From contig LR991653.1 of the NCBI GenBank assembly GCA_905171695.1, positions 1,550,625 through 1,614,624 of the forward strand: a DNA stretch of 64,000 bases. The letters are read 5' to 3'. The notes under the pieces are model-generated. The model worked only from the letters and a program-made list of their open reading frames with translations, had not been told where the DNA came from and searched no databases. Positions within the stretch are counted from its first letter, which is position 1. Each line of letters opens with the position of its first letter. A program made the position numbers and the translations under genes. This document shows, piece after piece, positions 41,760 to 52,499 of the stretch. Source of the stretch: Candidatus Methanoperedenaceae archaeon GB37. GTDB taxonomy: Archaea > Halobacteriota > Methanosarcinia > Methanosarcinales > EX4572-44.

Positions 41760-42380
41760 TCACCCGAATCGGTTTGCTATCTCGTCGTATAGTGTTTCTA
41801 TGTTCTCTCCCTCGAGCGCTGATATTGGGACGAGTGTGTGTTGTGGGAAAGCGCTTCTGATGCGTGTTGGTGATGCTTCTGGTAGGTCTATCTTGTTTGC
41901 TGCAATCAGCATTGGCAGGTGTCTTGCTTCCATGTTGCCTATGACTGTGACGTTTACCTGTGTGAACGGGTCTTCTGTTGCGTCCATGACAAGAATTACG
42001 CCGTCCAGGTCTTCAAGCCATTTCACCGCTTCTATCACCCCTTCTGTCGCTTCTTTTGCGCGTCGTTTAGCTTCGTCTTCCTCCAATCCATATCTCATGA
42101 ATTCGTGGAAGTCTATCTTGGTTGCAAGCCCCGGAGTGTCAACGATGTCGAGCGTTATGGTTCTCCCGTTCGCCTCTATTGTGATATCTTCTCGCCTGCG
42201 CGCTCTGCGTGTCTCGTGTGGTATGTGTGAGACGGGTCCCACTGCGTCTCCTGTCCAGTCACGCACTATTCGGTTTGCAAGTGTCGTTTTTCCTGCGTTT
42301 GGCGGGCCATAGATACCGATCCTCGCCATCCTTTTCTTCTTAAACAGTTTCTTTATCCATGAAAATAATTTGATTGGCAT
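41760..42380 (-). CDS. oapA: OapA/ArvA small GTPase
   Basis: IGIYGPPNAGKTTLANRI, PHETR, DTPG, DPFTQVN, NKID, SAL. Confidence 0.9.
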   Translation of the reverse strand: MPIKLFSWIKKLFKKKRMARIGIYGPPNAGKTTLANRIVRDWTGDAVGPVSHIPHETRRARRREDITIEANGRTITLDIVDTPGLATKIDFHEFMRYGLEEDEAKRRAKEATEGVIEAVKWLEDLDGVILVMDATEDPFTQVNVTVIGNMEARHLPMLIAANKIDLPEASPTRIRSAFPQHTLVPISALEGENIETLYDEIANRFG

Positions 42381-42448
42381 CTCTTCATCACACCCTATAC
42401 AGGTTCTTGTTCATCTATTTTTCTATTATTCTACTCATGATATAGATC

Positions 42449-44350
42449 TTATTTCAGAACTCTATTTAGCTGGTGCAGAACCTCGATGAAGAGTGCAGCA
42501 CTCCACCCGAGTGGTATTGCCCATGCTGGATCTCCTGTGTACTTGTCGACCTGCTCAGGGAGTAGTTTGGTGCTTGTGGCACCACCTGTAACAAAGCCCA
42601 CGTGGGTCTCTGTCTTCTTCACCCATGATCTGTATGCTTCATCATCTCTTCCCTTGAAGTACTCGGCAAGGTCGAGTTCTGCTCTCATCAACCAGAGGGT
42701 TGTTACGACCCATGGGTTTCCACCCACGTATTCGTCGTTCTCGTATCGTCGTATCCCTCTCCTGCCGTCTACCCAGTAGTTGAGCCGATCCTCAACGGTG
42801 TTGAGTGTCATTATTATCTTCTCGCGCTCATCTTCTACCACTGGGTTGAGCACCCTGAAGGGTGTTAGCACTCCGACCACACTTGCGTCAATCACAGGAT
42901 AGATCTCTCCGTCTATTATGCCTTTGGCAAAGCATCCTGTGTCAGGCACCCAGAGTCTCTCGATTATGGATTTCTTTATCCATTTTGCACGTGATCCGTA
43001 GCGAAGAGAGGTGCTCTTTGAGAGGTCTTCTGCAAGTATCGATGCTTCCCTAAGTGCTGCAGAGATTGCTGCGTTTGTGTAGGTGAAGCATCCATAGTAT
43101 GTCTCCCAGAGGTCGAGGCATGAATCATGCAGTCCTTCTCCTGTTCGCCTCATCAGATACTCTGCGCCGCGCTCGATTACATCCCAGTACTCATCGATGT
43201 ACTTCTCTCTCAGATCGCCGCTGAGTGTGTTGCCGTGTCTTGCCATTGCATAGATTGTGGAGGCGGTCTCATCTATCTGGGTTGAGTGCTCGAAGTTTCC
43301 CCACGAGGGTGCCAGTGTTCCGTCAAGCCAGTATCGCTGGAACCACGAGCCGTCCCGCAGTTGTGTCTTCTTGCACCATTCGATGAAACGCGGGAGGTAC
43401 TCTGGGTATCCGGCGGTCTGAAGTGCAAAGACTGCTTCGACTGTGTCCCGATTCCAGCAGAACCCGTAGCCTCCACACTCTTCGTATGCATGGTCGAACT
43501 CTGGTGCAGCTATCATCGAGCCAAGCTTCTCATCGAAGAGCAGTCTTAAGACGTGCAGGCTTCGATAGTAGTATTCTCTGAGCGTATCTGATAGGTCTAT
43601 CTCTTTTCCACGCAGAATCCATTTATTCCATGCGTCACACGTCTCAATTACGAGTTGTTTTGGGGGGATGCTTGTTATTTCGTCTTTCAGTCTGTAGAGT
43701 TCTTCTCTATTATCTGCAAAGATGATATACTCTATTATCTCTTTCTCTTCGAGTGGGAAGCGTGCTGCCATGTTCACGTTTCCGATCTCTTCTCTGTTCT
43801 TCTGGAGTTCGCCGCGCTCGATTCCCCATTTGGCACTCGTCCACCATGCGGTGTCAAGTGCTTTTCCAAGCTGCCAGTCGTCGAATAACGGGATTGTAGT
43901 AACTCCCACATAGTTGTTCTGCCAGTACTGAACGAGGATTCCGTTCTCTTCATCGTAGAATCCTGCATTCTTCTCCCGCATCCCCCCAACATCGAGGTCA
44001 AAGTATGTGTAAAAGGAGCCTTCAATCTCGTTGTTATTTATCCTGAAGTGTCGCATAATGACCGGGTATCTGGGCGGTATGGTGTCCGTTATTGAGACGG
44101 TGATTCCGCTGAAGTGGGAGAGGTCTGTCTGGAGTATTCCGTTAGATTCTGGGTGGTACTGTTTTGACTGCCAGTCGATCGTGTTCAACCAGTGATAGTT
44201 TCCATAGGTGTTGATTGCAAGGAGCGCGTCTGTTACATACTGGGCATGGTCTCTTCTCGGATAGTAGATGTTGAATATCTCGCCCTTCATTCCGAGTGTT
44301 ACGAGGAGGTGCTCGTTTCCAATGATCGAGTTTGGCTGTTTTATCGCCAA
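42449..44350 (-). CDS. Glucoamylase (GH15)
   Basis: GYGFCWNRD, QIDET, DLWE, RRYENDEY, LLPEQ, PLGWS. Confidence 0.9.
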   Translation of the reverse strand: MAIKQPNSIIGNEHLLVTLGMKGEIFNIYYPRRDHAQYVTDALLAINTYGNYHWLNTIDWQSKQYHPESNGILQTDLSHFSGITVSITDTIPPRYPVIMRHFRINNNEIEGSFYTYFDLDVGGMREKNAGFYDEENGILVQYWQNNYVGVTTIPLFDDWQLGKALDTAWWTSAKWGIERGELQKNREEIGNVNMAARFPLEEKEIIEYIIFADNREELYRLKDEITSIPPKQLVIETCDAWNKWILRGKEIDLSDTLREYYYRSLHVLRLLFDEKLGSMIAAPEFDHAYEECGGYGFCWNRDTVEAVFALQTAGYPEYLPRFIEWCKKTQLRDGSWFQRYWLDGTLAPSWGNFEHSTQIDETASTIYAMARHGNTLSGDLREKYIDEYWDVIERGAEYLMRRTGEGLHDSCLDLWETYYGCFTYTNAAISAALREASILAEDLSKSTSLRYGSRAKWIKKSIIERLWVPDTGCFAKGIIDGEIYPVIDASVVGVLTPFRVLNPVVEDEREKIIMTLNTVEDRLNYWVDGRRGIRRYENDEYVGGNPWVVTTLWLMRAELDLAEYFKGRDDEAYRSWVKKTETHVGFVTGGATSTKLLPEQVDKYTGDPAWAIPLGWSAALFIEVLHQLNRVLK

Positions 44351-45153
44351 TGACCTGTCACCTCACCCCTTGACTCTGAATCGTCTTCTGGGGCTGGGAG
44401 GAGGACGAATTCACACCTATCGGCACCCATACTCTTACATCGTGCCTCGTGCACGCTCATATCCCTCTCAAGTATCTCTGTGAAGAAGCCTGCAAAGTAA
44501 CCGCTCAGGTATCCGCACTGGTTCGCTCCATCCTCTCGGCGGGGGATCTCTGCGAGAAAGGAGTCTTTCACATAGATTCTTCCTTTGCACGATTTAAAGT
44601 CAAAGGTTATCTCCACGACTCCCCAGCCTGCAGAGAAGAGTACACCCTTGAGTAGTGTGATGAAGTCGTTCTTCTTTATCCCTGCAACCTCCTTGAAGTA
44701 GCGTGCATCATCCATTCCGCCCTTCAAACCACAGTGAAATATCAGCGCATTTGCATTTGGACTTAACTCCTCTATTTTTTCGATTATATCGTTAAAAATT
44801 GTGTTTTTCAAGAGTATAGCCCTTGATTTGAATATTTCAAGTGGAAACTCGGCTGTTTGAATAAGTATCTTCTCTGTAACACAGTATTCTACGTCAAGTA
44901 CTTCATCAAGGCTCCGGAGATCTGCTACCAGCTTCTCAACATCGACTCCTGGAAGCTCTGTGAAGGTTACGTACTTGCCCTTGACTCCACGCTCGATAAG
45001 GCTGAAATAGCCGAACAACTGATCAACACCGTTCTCCCTGAAGACGAGAGGTATCTGTGCAAGCGATCCCACTCTATCGACAAGTGTTACCTTGAACCAT
45101 CCAAGCAGGGTCTCGTCATCCCCAACGTAGAAGATGCATGCATCTCTCGGCAT
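44341..45153 (-). CDS. ACT + V4R domain ligand-binding protein
   Basis: N-terminal DRVGSLA (ACT-like); GWG, C..LSGYFAG, EARCKSMGADRCEF (V4R). Confidence 0.8.
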   Translation of the reverse strand: MPRDACIFYVGDDETLLGWFKVTLVDRVGSLAQIPLVFRENGVDQLFGYFSLIERGVKGKYVTFTELPGVDVEKLVADLRSLDEVLDVEYCVTEKILIQTAEFPLEIFKSRAILLKNTIFNDIIEKIEELSPNANALIFHCGLKGGMDDARYFKEVAGIKKNDFITLLKGVLFSAGWGVVEITFDFKSCKGRIYVKDSFLAEIPRREDGANQCGYLSGYFAGFFTEILERDMSVHEARCKSMGADRCEFVLLPAPEDDSESRGEVTGHWR

Positions 45154-46355
45154 AATCCCATATTCACCTCTTTCAATCTCTTGAATACCATGAGCTTGAA
45201 ATCCACCACCACCGCCATGAAGTTCACTGCAGCGTCAAAAGGAGAGGTGTGGATACTGAAGTATGAGTGAACGTCTCCATCTGCAAGCCACTTGGTGCAC
45301 ATATAATAGTAGTGATCAGATGTTTGAAGAGAGCGCCAGATCCTGAGAAGCTCCCTATCCCCGGTCTCTTTCACATACGGCTCAAGGAGCTTTATCTCTT
45401 CAAAACACCTCTGCTGCATGTAATTTCCAAGCCAGGCGCTGGTATCCCGCTCCATATCTGCCCACGAGATAGTTGAGAGATCAAAGAGATCGATCTCGCC
45501 AACAGGTGAATACCTCTCGACCACTTCAGACGGCGTCCTGAACTCCAGTCCCCTCGAGAGCACCTCGCCTGGAAGGTGTCTCAAGAACTCGAATATCCCG
45601 GTACTCTCCCACTGGTGTTCTCCAAAGGTCTCGTAATCCATGAATATATTGACTACCTCACCCTCTGCCGACGCTGCCCATTGAGCCCATTTATCCGCGG
45701 TGAGAGGGTAACCGTTCCACCACTGCGAGGAGAAACGATATGCAATATCATCACTCAACCTGTAGTTTCGAAAGAGGATAGGGAGATTGCTGCCACTTGC
45801 AGTGTAGACGTGGTTTGCCGAGCGGGTGCCAAGCACGTGCTCGGTTCCCTCAGTAAGGATTGCCTTGTACCCGAGACCTGCTATCGTTGACGCGATCGAG
45901 TTGTTGTAGAGAAGCTCTGTGTTCCTGAAGACCTTTGGTGTGTAGTGTATCTCATCCCTCATAACGGCGTTGTGCTCACGTATCTGTTCCACAAACTCAT
46001 CCTTTGACGGGAAGAGGCTTGCAAGGGAGTGGTGGTAGGTCTCATCGAGAAACTCCACAGACCCGGACTCTCCCATCTGGGAGAACGTATCGAGAAGGTC
46101 GCGATCCCACTCCCGGCACTGATCGATGAAGGTGCCTGTGATGGAATAGCTCACCCTGAACCGCCCCCTGTGCTCATCGATCAACTCCAGGATCAATCGG
46201 TTGGTGGGCCAGTAGCACTTGGACGCAACCTTGTGAAACGTCTTCTCGTTGATGTGAGAATCAAAGTATCGATCAAAGCTCACACGGTCATCTGGCCAGA
46301 ACCACCTGAGCCTGTGCGGCTGATGCACCTGAAAGTAGAAGCAGAGTGAGCGCAA
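45087..46355 (-). CDS. GH57 alpha-amylase-type glycosidase
   Basis: FQVHQP, ETYHHS, RNTEL, MDYETFGEH, SWAD, QTSDHYYY. Confidence 0.9.
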   Translation of the reverse strand: MRSLCFYFQVHQPHRLRWFWPDDRVSFDRYFDSHINEKTFHKVASKCYWPTNRLILELIDEHRGRFRVSYSITGTFIDQCREWDRDLLDTFSQMGESGSVEFLDETYHHSLASLFPSKDEFVEQIREHNAVMRDEIHYTPKVFRNTELLYNNSIASTIAGLGYKAILTEGTEHVLGTRSANHVYTASGSNLPILFRNYRLSDDIAYRFSSQWWNGYPLTADKWAQWAASAEGEVVNIFMDYETFGEHQWESTGIFEFLRHLPGEVLSRGLEFRTPSEVVERYSPVGEIDLFDLSTISWADMERDTSAWLGNYMQQRCFEEIKLLEPYVKETGDRELLRIWRSLQTSDHYYYMCTKWLADGDVHSYFSIHTSPFDAAVNFMAVVVDFKLMVFKRLKEVNMGLCREMHASSTLGMTRPCLDGSR

Positions 46356-46360
46356 AAGGA

Positions 46361-47404
46361 CTACACCCTCCTTCGTGCATAATCTGAAAGAATTGAGAGG
46401 GCGTTCACCGCATAATCGAATGGATATGGCTTCCCATCGCCCATCTCGAAGAATATATCTGCCTGCTGAAGGTAGCCGAAGATCTTATCACCACCCGCGC
46501 CCATCCGAGAGAGCCGCTCAAGCTCGTGGAGGTAGAGATGCTGCATATGGTTTGAGAGGCAGTGTTTAAGGTTCAGACGTGAAAGCTCAAGAGCACCGTC
46601 ATAGAAGGAAGGATCAAACTCAGAGATTGCTTCACTCACGGTCAAGAGATCAATACCACGTAAACCAAGCTCGTCCACCAGATCTCCGAGAAACTCATCT
46701 GAAACACTTCCATAATCAACGTAGAGTGTTAACAGATCCCCAGCGATCTCTGCAATCCACCCAGCGAACTTGGAAGCAGTGAGCGGATACTCACACCACG
46801 TCGTATCATGCGCCCGGAATTCAAGATCTTCAGATAGAACTGGATGGCGGAATAATGTGAAGAGTGCATCATCATCGAAAAGGGAACAACGCTCCCCAAG
46901 CCCAAACCCACCCTCTGAAAGAACGGCTGAAAAACCAAGCTCTCTTAGAAGCCGCGCAATCGCACTATTGTGGATAAGCTCGGTGTTGACAAAGACAGTG
47001 CTCCTGACACCGAGAAGATCATAGAGTGCATCCCTCTGCATCCGCACCTGACGTACAAACTCATCCTTCTCTTCAAAGAGTGACGCAAGTGAATTGTAGT
47101 AGGGTGATGAGAGAAACTCAACCACACCCCTGAGTTTCCTGAAAGATCTGATCAGTTCAGGATTCCAACTGGACTGGTCCAAGAGAGTGCCTGAAAGATT
47201 AAAGGTACACCCCAACCCTCTATCCTGAATCACCCTGTTTAACCGAATGTACGCCTCAGACATCTCCTCAAAGACCGAGCGGTTTAAGCCCTGATCAAAG
47301 TATAGATCAAGAGAAGCAGAATCACTCTCATATCCTTCAATCGGCCAGAACCACCTGAGCCTGAATGGCTGATGCACCTGAAAACAGAGACAAACCGCCC
47401 TCAT
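46361..47404 (-). CDS. Divergent GH57 paralogue
   Basis: FQVHQP, PYYNSL and NTEL kept; ETFGEH and SWAD regions absent. Confidence 0.8.
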   Translation of the reverse strand: MRAVCLCFQVHQPFRLRWFWPIEGYESDSASLDLYFDQGLNRSVFEEMSEAYIRLNRVIQDRGLGCTFNLSGTLLDQSSWNPELIRSFRKLRGVVEFLSSPYYNSLASLFEEKDEFVRQVRMQRDALYDLLGVRSTVFVNTELIHNSAIARLLRELGFSAVLSEGGFGLGERCSLFDDDALFTLFRHPVLSEDLEFRAHDTTWCEYPLTASKFAGWIAEIAGDLLTLYVDYGSVSDEFLGDLVDELGLRGIDLLTVSEAISEFDPSFYDGALELSRLNLKHCLSNHMQHLYLHELERLSRMGAGGDKIFGYLQQADIFFEMGDGKPYPFDYAVNALSILSDYARRRV

Positions 47405-47433
47405 GATCCACTACAGAGAACCATCAAAATCCC

Positions 47434-47874
47434 TCATAGAGAAGATGCTCGATCATCCAAGATCTTTTTGATGCACTCTCTAACACGATCAACGATATCA
47501 GGATGTCCCTTAAAGAGATCTAACAGATTGATCTCCTCCCCAAGCTCAGCAATGGTCATATAAGCCACAACACCAACCACGCCAACAAGCTCACCAGTAT
47601 AGTCAAATATTGGAACGGCAGAGACAGGCACACCCTCATACAGACCACTCGTCGGAACGGTCTTAACAGCACGCCCAGACGAGAGCACCTCCTCAAGAAC
47701 GGGTCCTGTAAACTCATAATCCACCACCTTCCCATTTATCACATGAACACCTTTCTTGGTGACACTGCGCACAGCAACAGGAAGACCGGTCAAGTGGTGA
47801 ACCGTCATAGCAATAGGTTCCAACTCCCTTGCAGAAGAGTCCTTCGAGATCCGCAATCCAATCATACATACCAC
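47434..47874 (-). CDS. DUF2111-family protein
   Basis: LEPIAMTVH.L.GLPV..RS...G...VVD..FTGPVLEEV...P.SG.YEGVPV. Confidence 0.75.
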   Translation of the reverse strand: MVCMIGLRISKDSSARELEPIAMTVHHLTGLPVAVRSVTKKGVHVINGKVVDYEFTGPVLEEVLSSGRAVKTVPTSGLYEGVPVSAVPIFDYTGELVGVVGVVAYMTIAELGEEINLLDLFKGHPDIVDRVRECIKKILDDRASSL

Positions 47875-48339
47875 AACACAGAGCAGAGCGCCAGAAAACC
47901 TTCAACCTCGGTCAGATCTTTCCAAGACGCACAAGAAAACTCATACGCGAAGAAGAACCAAGAAGATCACATCATCCAAACAACATCATATTATATTATC
48001 TATCTCCACTAAAATAAACCTTTCGTGCCAGAGAAGAAGTACCAAAAGAGTTGAAAAAGAGCTCGAAAAACCACCTGAAGAAGGTGCAGACGAAGAAATG
48101 AACCACCCGCCTCGACGTGAGGTGTAGCGTCGTACTCCACTCCACAATCTTCCACCCTTCATTTCTTCATCTCTCTTTCAAAAGTCGAAGTGCTTTGTGT
48201 TAATTGTCTGGCAAGCCAGATACGATCTGACACAAAGGAGGAACTTGCATAAAGAATTAGCTCAGAAAATTTTAAAATTTTTTGAAATTTTAGTATCAGA
48301 CAAAATATTTTTAACTAGCAAGTGCGATTTACCTGTGTG

Positions 48340-49375
48340 GGGCGAAGGCCTGAAAGAGAGGCTGTTAAGTGGCTGACCCTGGAAGAGTTGAATGAAGAGA
48401 TTTAAAAGAGAAAAGTGTGCGTAGAAGTCCTGAGAAAGCTTTTCTTCGTCAAAGAACTATACAAAGTGGCAACAGTTCCTCAAGGTAGCCAGATGAAGTG
48501 GGAGTGAGCAAAGTTATCGGGTATGTATGGCTTGAAAGGTGGAATAAACAGGGTATGGAAGGCTTGAAACCGAACTATGGAGGGGGAAGACCTTCAGAGT
48601 TAAGCGAAGAGCAGAAAGCAGAAGGAGGAGTTGAAGGCAATCCTGAAGGAGAGAGATGACTGGAGAACAAAAGAAGTCATCAAAAGTATATTTGGAGTTG
48701 AATACAGCTTAAGAGATGTGAACAGAATCTTGATTACTATGTAATTAAGAGTTGCTTACAGGCAAGTAACATACTAAAATCATCTGGAATGGAATACGCT
48801 AAGCCCTACCAGAGAGACTACAGAAGGCCTGGGAATGCAGAGCTTCATCATAGGATCTCTTGATGAGAGTTCACTTTAGCTCGATCGCAAACACTCAAAA
48901 CGCCTGTGGTCATTCTGCCTGTGGTCATTCAATAAACCAGTTGTTAAGAAGAACACCACAAAGATGAGGGCAAATACCTTCGGTTTCTATGCGATAAATG
49001 GGGAGAGCGTTGTGGACTTTAAAGGAGATTCGAAGAAGGAGTCTGTCTGTGAGTTTCTGGAGAAGATAAGAGAGAAGAATCTGGAGAAGACCATAGTCAT
49101 TATTCTGGATAACTTCAGATCGCACAGAGGACAAGAAAGACAAGAAGAAAATCAAGAAAGCTGAACACGGTTCTGGTTCATCTCCCACCTTACTCTCCAG
49201 ATCTGAATCCGATCGAAGAGATCTGGAGAGCTACAAAGAGAATACTGTTTCCTCTCTTCATCAAAACCTTAGATGAGCTTAAAGAGGCCATCTCTAGCAG
49301 CTTTTATGAGCTAACACAGAGAATAAGCTTCGCAGAAAAGTGGATAGAAAAACTCTTAAACCATGGTTAAGTGAG
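48340..49375 (+). mobile_element. Decayed IS630-family element
   Basis: Broken frames with GLKPNYGGGRPSEL, YAKPYQRDYR, IILDN and PPYSPDLNPIE; many stops and indels. Confidence 0.8.
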
Positions 49376-49588
49376 TTATGTTGGATACTATGATTGCCAA
49401 TCATCAATCATTTGAGAAAAATACTGAGCCAAAGTATCGAATGTTTCTTCTTCTTTTGCAGGGTCTATTTGTGATTGAGGCATCTTTGCGTGCTCAACGA
49501 GCCATTTTAAATAAAATTTTTTCAACTCCATTTCTTTTTCAGGTTTGTTATCAGACATTTTTCGTCTCCTAAAGCCCCATCCTCGCCA

Positions 49589-49608
49589 CCCCGCAATGAA
49601 TTGCGGGG
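49589..49608. repeat. IS200/IS605-like terminal hairpin
   Basis: ccccgcaa-tgaa-ttgcgggg, perfect 8-bp stem. Confidence 0.55.
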
Positions 49609-49824
49609 CATCCACGGGGATGGAGGTCGGGCGATAGGATGAGCGCGGACAGATGTGGGGTGTGTCATTGTCGGCTTTACGTTTGGTATCAGATCTCTTG
49701 CACGTCCCCCGGCTGCCAGTTCGAGAGATACAACACCCACGTTCGCTTGCGCACAGGCACGCTGCCGCCTGATTTTGTGATGAATGCGCCTGTCATCGAG
49801 AGCGTTCAGTACTACAAGCTACTA

Positions 49825-50285
49825 TTACGATTGTGAGATAGCGCCATTTTTACAAATCAGATGAGGATTTACAAAATAATTATGGAAGCCTACAAAGAGT
49901 GGAGAACAAAATAGTAAAACCGCTAAGATTATAAATATAATTTGTCCTTTATTAAAAATTTCTGCTTTATTGGTTTGAACATTTTTATTTTCAAGATCAT
50001 TGGAAATATCTCGTTTAATCTTTCCAGGATTTTTAGACGAATAAATTACAAGAAAAGTAACTATGCTTATAATTATACCTATCCAACCAAAATCTTCAAT
50101 CATAGATTTTGTATATACAATGAGCATCAAAATATAAACGAAAAATTCCAATTTTGTTTTTTTATGTGATCATTTATTATTTCTAAAGATTTATCTTTTA
50201 CATCTAAAGATTTATCTTTTACATCTTTTATAGCTTGTAGTGATTTATCATAAAAATCTTTCTCGTTTGCTTTATCAGTTGTCAT
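49825..50285 (-). pseudogene. AT-rich membrane protein gene frameshifted at an A7 tract
   Basis: MTTDKANEK...HIKK joins TKLEFFVYIL... if the tract near 50157-50163 were A8; 21-bp tandem duplication at 50182-50223. Confidence 0.45.
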
Positions 50286-50599
50286 ATCTTATCCATGAAA
50301 AATGTACTAGTTTAATATATAACTCGTACCATGCGCTTCGGCGGATCTGCCTGTGGTTGAGTCAACAAACGATGTTTTAAACCGGCCATAGGGATTACAT
50401 AATCTCATGCATTATGATCGGCAACGCCACGATACTTAAACCTAACCGACCTCTATCCACCCCACAAAACACTTCCGATCCCACACGACCCGTCCCGACC
50501 TACCTCTATGCTTGTTGTGATAATCTCCCGGAGTCACTATACCCCGTACTTAATAAGTACAGGGTTTGTTAGCGTTTTTGGCATATGAATGTTTCGTTT

Positions 50600-51041
50600 T
50601 TATTTATTCTGTATAGAGATACATTTCTCAACTATGCTGCGTACTTCGTATGCCAGCAGCCTCGATGTAATCGAGGCTTATCCTATCCCTGTCCTACTGA
50701 ACCGTGGTAACATCCCGGGTGACCCTATATGGGCGGGACACCACTCTTTTAAGTGTGGGAGGCGTTGTCTTAATATTCTACTGTTTCTCCCTCTTTTACT
50801 TTCTTGGCTATATAGCTCACGGAATACTTTGGTGGATATTTTATGAAGAGGTGGACGTGATCTACATTCACAGCAATATCTATGATCTGAATATCCCTTT
50901 CACTGCATGTTTTTCGGATAATGCCTTCGGTAACCAGAGCAACATCGAAAATTTTACCGCGGTATTTGGCGTTATCACCATGTGATCGGTGAGCAGCAAG
51001 ACCATATGCCGGTCATGGCGAAGATCGTTCCATGTCATCAT
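50600..51041 (-). pseudogene. tnpA: IS200-family TnpA (HUH Y1 transposase) relic
   Basis: LRHDRH...TDHMVITP, DHVHLFIKYPPKYSVSYIAK, HLKEWC; frameshifted; hairpin cccgtactt-aat-aagtacagg near 50542. Confidence 0.8.
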
Positions 51042-51240
51042 GTTAATTCTCATTCTTGCATCACATTAATCCCACATAAGCCATTTAATTCTCAAATACC
51101 AAACGAAAAAGCTTCAGTTTAAAAAAGAATGAGAATTTTTCTGAATCTGTGAAAAGAAAGTTGTACAATAGAATCTGAAAAGAAGAAGCTTATTTCGGTA
51201 AAGTTGCAGAAAGCGAAGAGGAGGTGAGATAACCAGATCT

Positions 51241-51789
51241 TCATCTGAACAGTACATAAACCTCCATCAGCGTCCCGGAATATCTCTCAACCCTCCCAAG
51301 CAGGTTCAATTCATGCTCAAGCCAGTCAAGATCGACCGCTTTCAATGTGCTGGATGATCCGTGAAACTTATCAAATCCCTCTTCGTTCAACTCGGCTATA
51401 ATGACCTTCTCTCCTGCAATTCGATACGCTTCCTGAATGAACTTGCCTCGCTTTGCAGGCTCAATGTGATGCAGGGCTCCGTAGCTTATCACCACATCGA
51501 AGCTTCCTGTCGGATAGCCAGGTGAGGTTGCATCTCTCCTTTCAAATTTGATTTTTCCTGTAAGCCCTTCCTTTGCTGCATCCTGCTCTGCATCCTTTAT
51601 TGCATCCTCAGAGATCTCTATCGTTGTGACCCTGCAGTTGAAATCTCTTGCTGCAATGATCGCAAGAGGTCCTGCTCCAACATCAAGAAGCGTTTTATCA
51701 CACACATTCCATCTTCTCAGGATCTCAGCTCTCTCTATCAACCCTTCCGAACCTTCTCTCAACACATTACCCTCTATCATTAACACCAC
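51241..51789 (-). CDS. Class I SAM-dependent methyltransferase
   Basis: LLDVGAG, SFDVVISYGALHH. Confidence 0.85.
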   Translation of the reverse strand: MVLMIEGNVLREGSEGLIERAEILRRWNVCDKTLLDVGAGPLAIIAARDFNCRVTTIEISEDAIKDAEQDAAKEGLTGKIKFERRDATSPGYPTGSFDVVISYGALHHIEPAKRGKFIQEAYRIAGEKVIIAELNEEGFDKFHGSSSTLKAVDLDWLEHELNLLGRVERYSGTLMEVYVLFR

Positions 51790-51821
51790 CTCTCTTAACT
51801 AAACCTGTACCTCCATAAAAC

Positions 51822-52499
51822 TCACCTCAGCTTCACCATCTTGCTCATCCCTTCATCGTATCTTATGATGACCTCTCTTCTTTCCAGATCCTGAAGTGTC
51901 CTTGATAGCGTGGACTTCGGTATCCCGGTTCTCACACCGAGCTCGGTCTGGTTCATCTCGCCGTAGGTTGTAGCAGTTCCATTCCTGATCATCACACCGC
52001 TTGCACCAAGTGGCGGGCTGATCCGTGTAACCTCGCCCTTCTCAAGATCGATGTGCACATGGTAGATCATCCCCTCCACGAGAAGCTCAAGGGATGCAAA
52101 TCTCATCTCTGATCTCTGACCATCACCTTCCACGCGCACACCGTATCCCTCGCCGATGTGTCCAATCTCATAGTCCTTTCCGTCTATGAGTTTCTGAACC
52201 TCTGGGTCAGCGAGTGCGATCTGCTTTGCCTCTTCCCGTTCTTCATCGCTCAGTGGCTTAACATCTTCTGGGTTCAGGTGCATGGTCTCAAACTCGCCAT
52301 CTCTTGAGATGGTTATAGCCCCAGCCCCTGTCATGTTATTGTCGTCTCCGCTTATGCTTATCTCCGGGATCCAGAGCATCTGCACTCCACTTCGCATGTT
52401 CATACCTGCAGGCGATGCCATCACGACATATCCTGCTGCCATACCTATACCGACCATCGCCAGTATGCCCAATATCAATACTTTCTTCACTTTCTTCAT
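51822..52499 (-). CDS. Signal-anchored protein with a C-terminal winged HTH
   Basis: MKKVKKVLILGILAMVGIG signal; QTELGVRTGIPKSTLSRTLQDLERR. Confidence 0.65.
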   Translation of the reverse strand: MKKVKKVLILGILAMVGIGMAAGYVVMASPAGMNMRSGVQMLWIPEISISGDDNNMTGAGAITISRDGEFETMHLNPEDVKPLSDEEREEAKQIALADPEVQKLIDGKDYEIGHIGEGYGVRVEGDGQRSEMRFASLELLVEGMIYHVHIDLEKGEVTRISPPLGASGVMIRNGTATTYGEMNQTELGVRTGIPKSTLSRTLQDLERREVIIRYDEGMSKMVKLR

